In this document: in pieces, positions 34,007 through 34,299 of the stretch
Numbering within the stretch: position 1 is the stretch's first letter
Layout of the letters: every line of letters begins with the position of its first letter
Origin: Octopus bimaculoides
Lineage: Eukaryota
Assembly (NCBI RefSeq): GCF_001194135.2
Contig: NC_068985.1
Coordinates: 9,255,087-9,289,385 of the forward strand
Direction of reading: 5' to 3'
DNA: 34,299 bases
Translations under genes and position numbers: made by a program
Notes under the pieces: model-generated
Told to the model about the DNA's origin: nothing
Database searches by the model: none
Seen by the model: only the letters and a program-made list of their open reading frames with translations

Positions 34007-34299
34007 GAGTTTACTGGTCGGACGTGTTATTACTCGCTGCGATTTTTTTTTAGTATAACGCCACTATTTTTTGGTGGGCGTTGCTGAGATGGAGAACATG
34101 AAGACGTATACAGCAGCGACGGGGAGTCGAGCCTCCGTCGTCCCAGGCCTGCTGAAGCAATATGAAATACATTGGAATGAAGACATGGCTAAGAAAATTG
34201 AAAATGATAAAGAAAGAGGGGCCAAACGTAAAGTTGACCCCATCAGAGGAGGAAAAGACGAAAATGGAAATTGGAGTCGTGGAATATAAATCCTTTTCA

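Noticed and set aside
34071-34289. 72-aa ORF at the window end
   Set aside because: No recognisable motif, no splice context and no supporting neighbour.
1-34299. CRISPR-like arrays, rRNA, or prokaryotic/viral systems
   Set aside because: No regular repeat-spacer array, rRNA-like sequence or compact gene cluster; the window is eukaryotic intron-rich DNA.

Overview
Repeat- and microsatellite-rich eukaryotic genomic DNA. The SINE families and composition point to an octopod cephalopod (inference). Nine N-gaps: 1072-1292, 11315-11831, 13159-13676, 14775-14904, 17941-18065, 20633-21432, 22681-22780, 27300-27700, 32737-33102. One complete protein-coding gene can be reconstructed by hand on the minus strand: a 5-exon, 362-aa membrane-anchored classical short-chain dehydrogenase/reductase (SDR; BDH1/RDH/HSD17B-like), CDS complement(join(2313..2670,5052..5184,6869..7051,14169..14381,28896..29097)). 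Intron 1 (14.5 kb) uses a GC-AG donor. The rest is transposon debris: several tRNA-headed SINE families, an L1/Tx1-like RT fragment, an R4/Dong-like fragment inside a (TAA)n tract, a 2-kb decayed RTE LINE, and several MITEs including a TTAA-flanked piggyBac-type one. The most unusual signal is a tRNA-Arg-like SINE whose tail folds into a minimal, dimer-type hammerhead ribozyme (13950-13995). It is arranged head-to-head with an inverted partial copy next to SDR exon 2, and further hammerhead-like remnants occur at about 4621 and 19290-19470. Most ORFs in the supplied track are artefacts of gaps and microsatellites.
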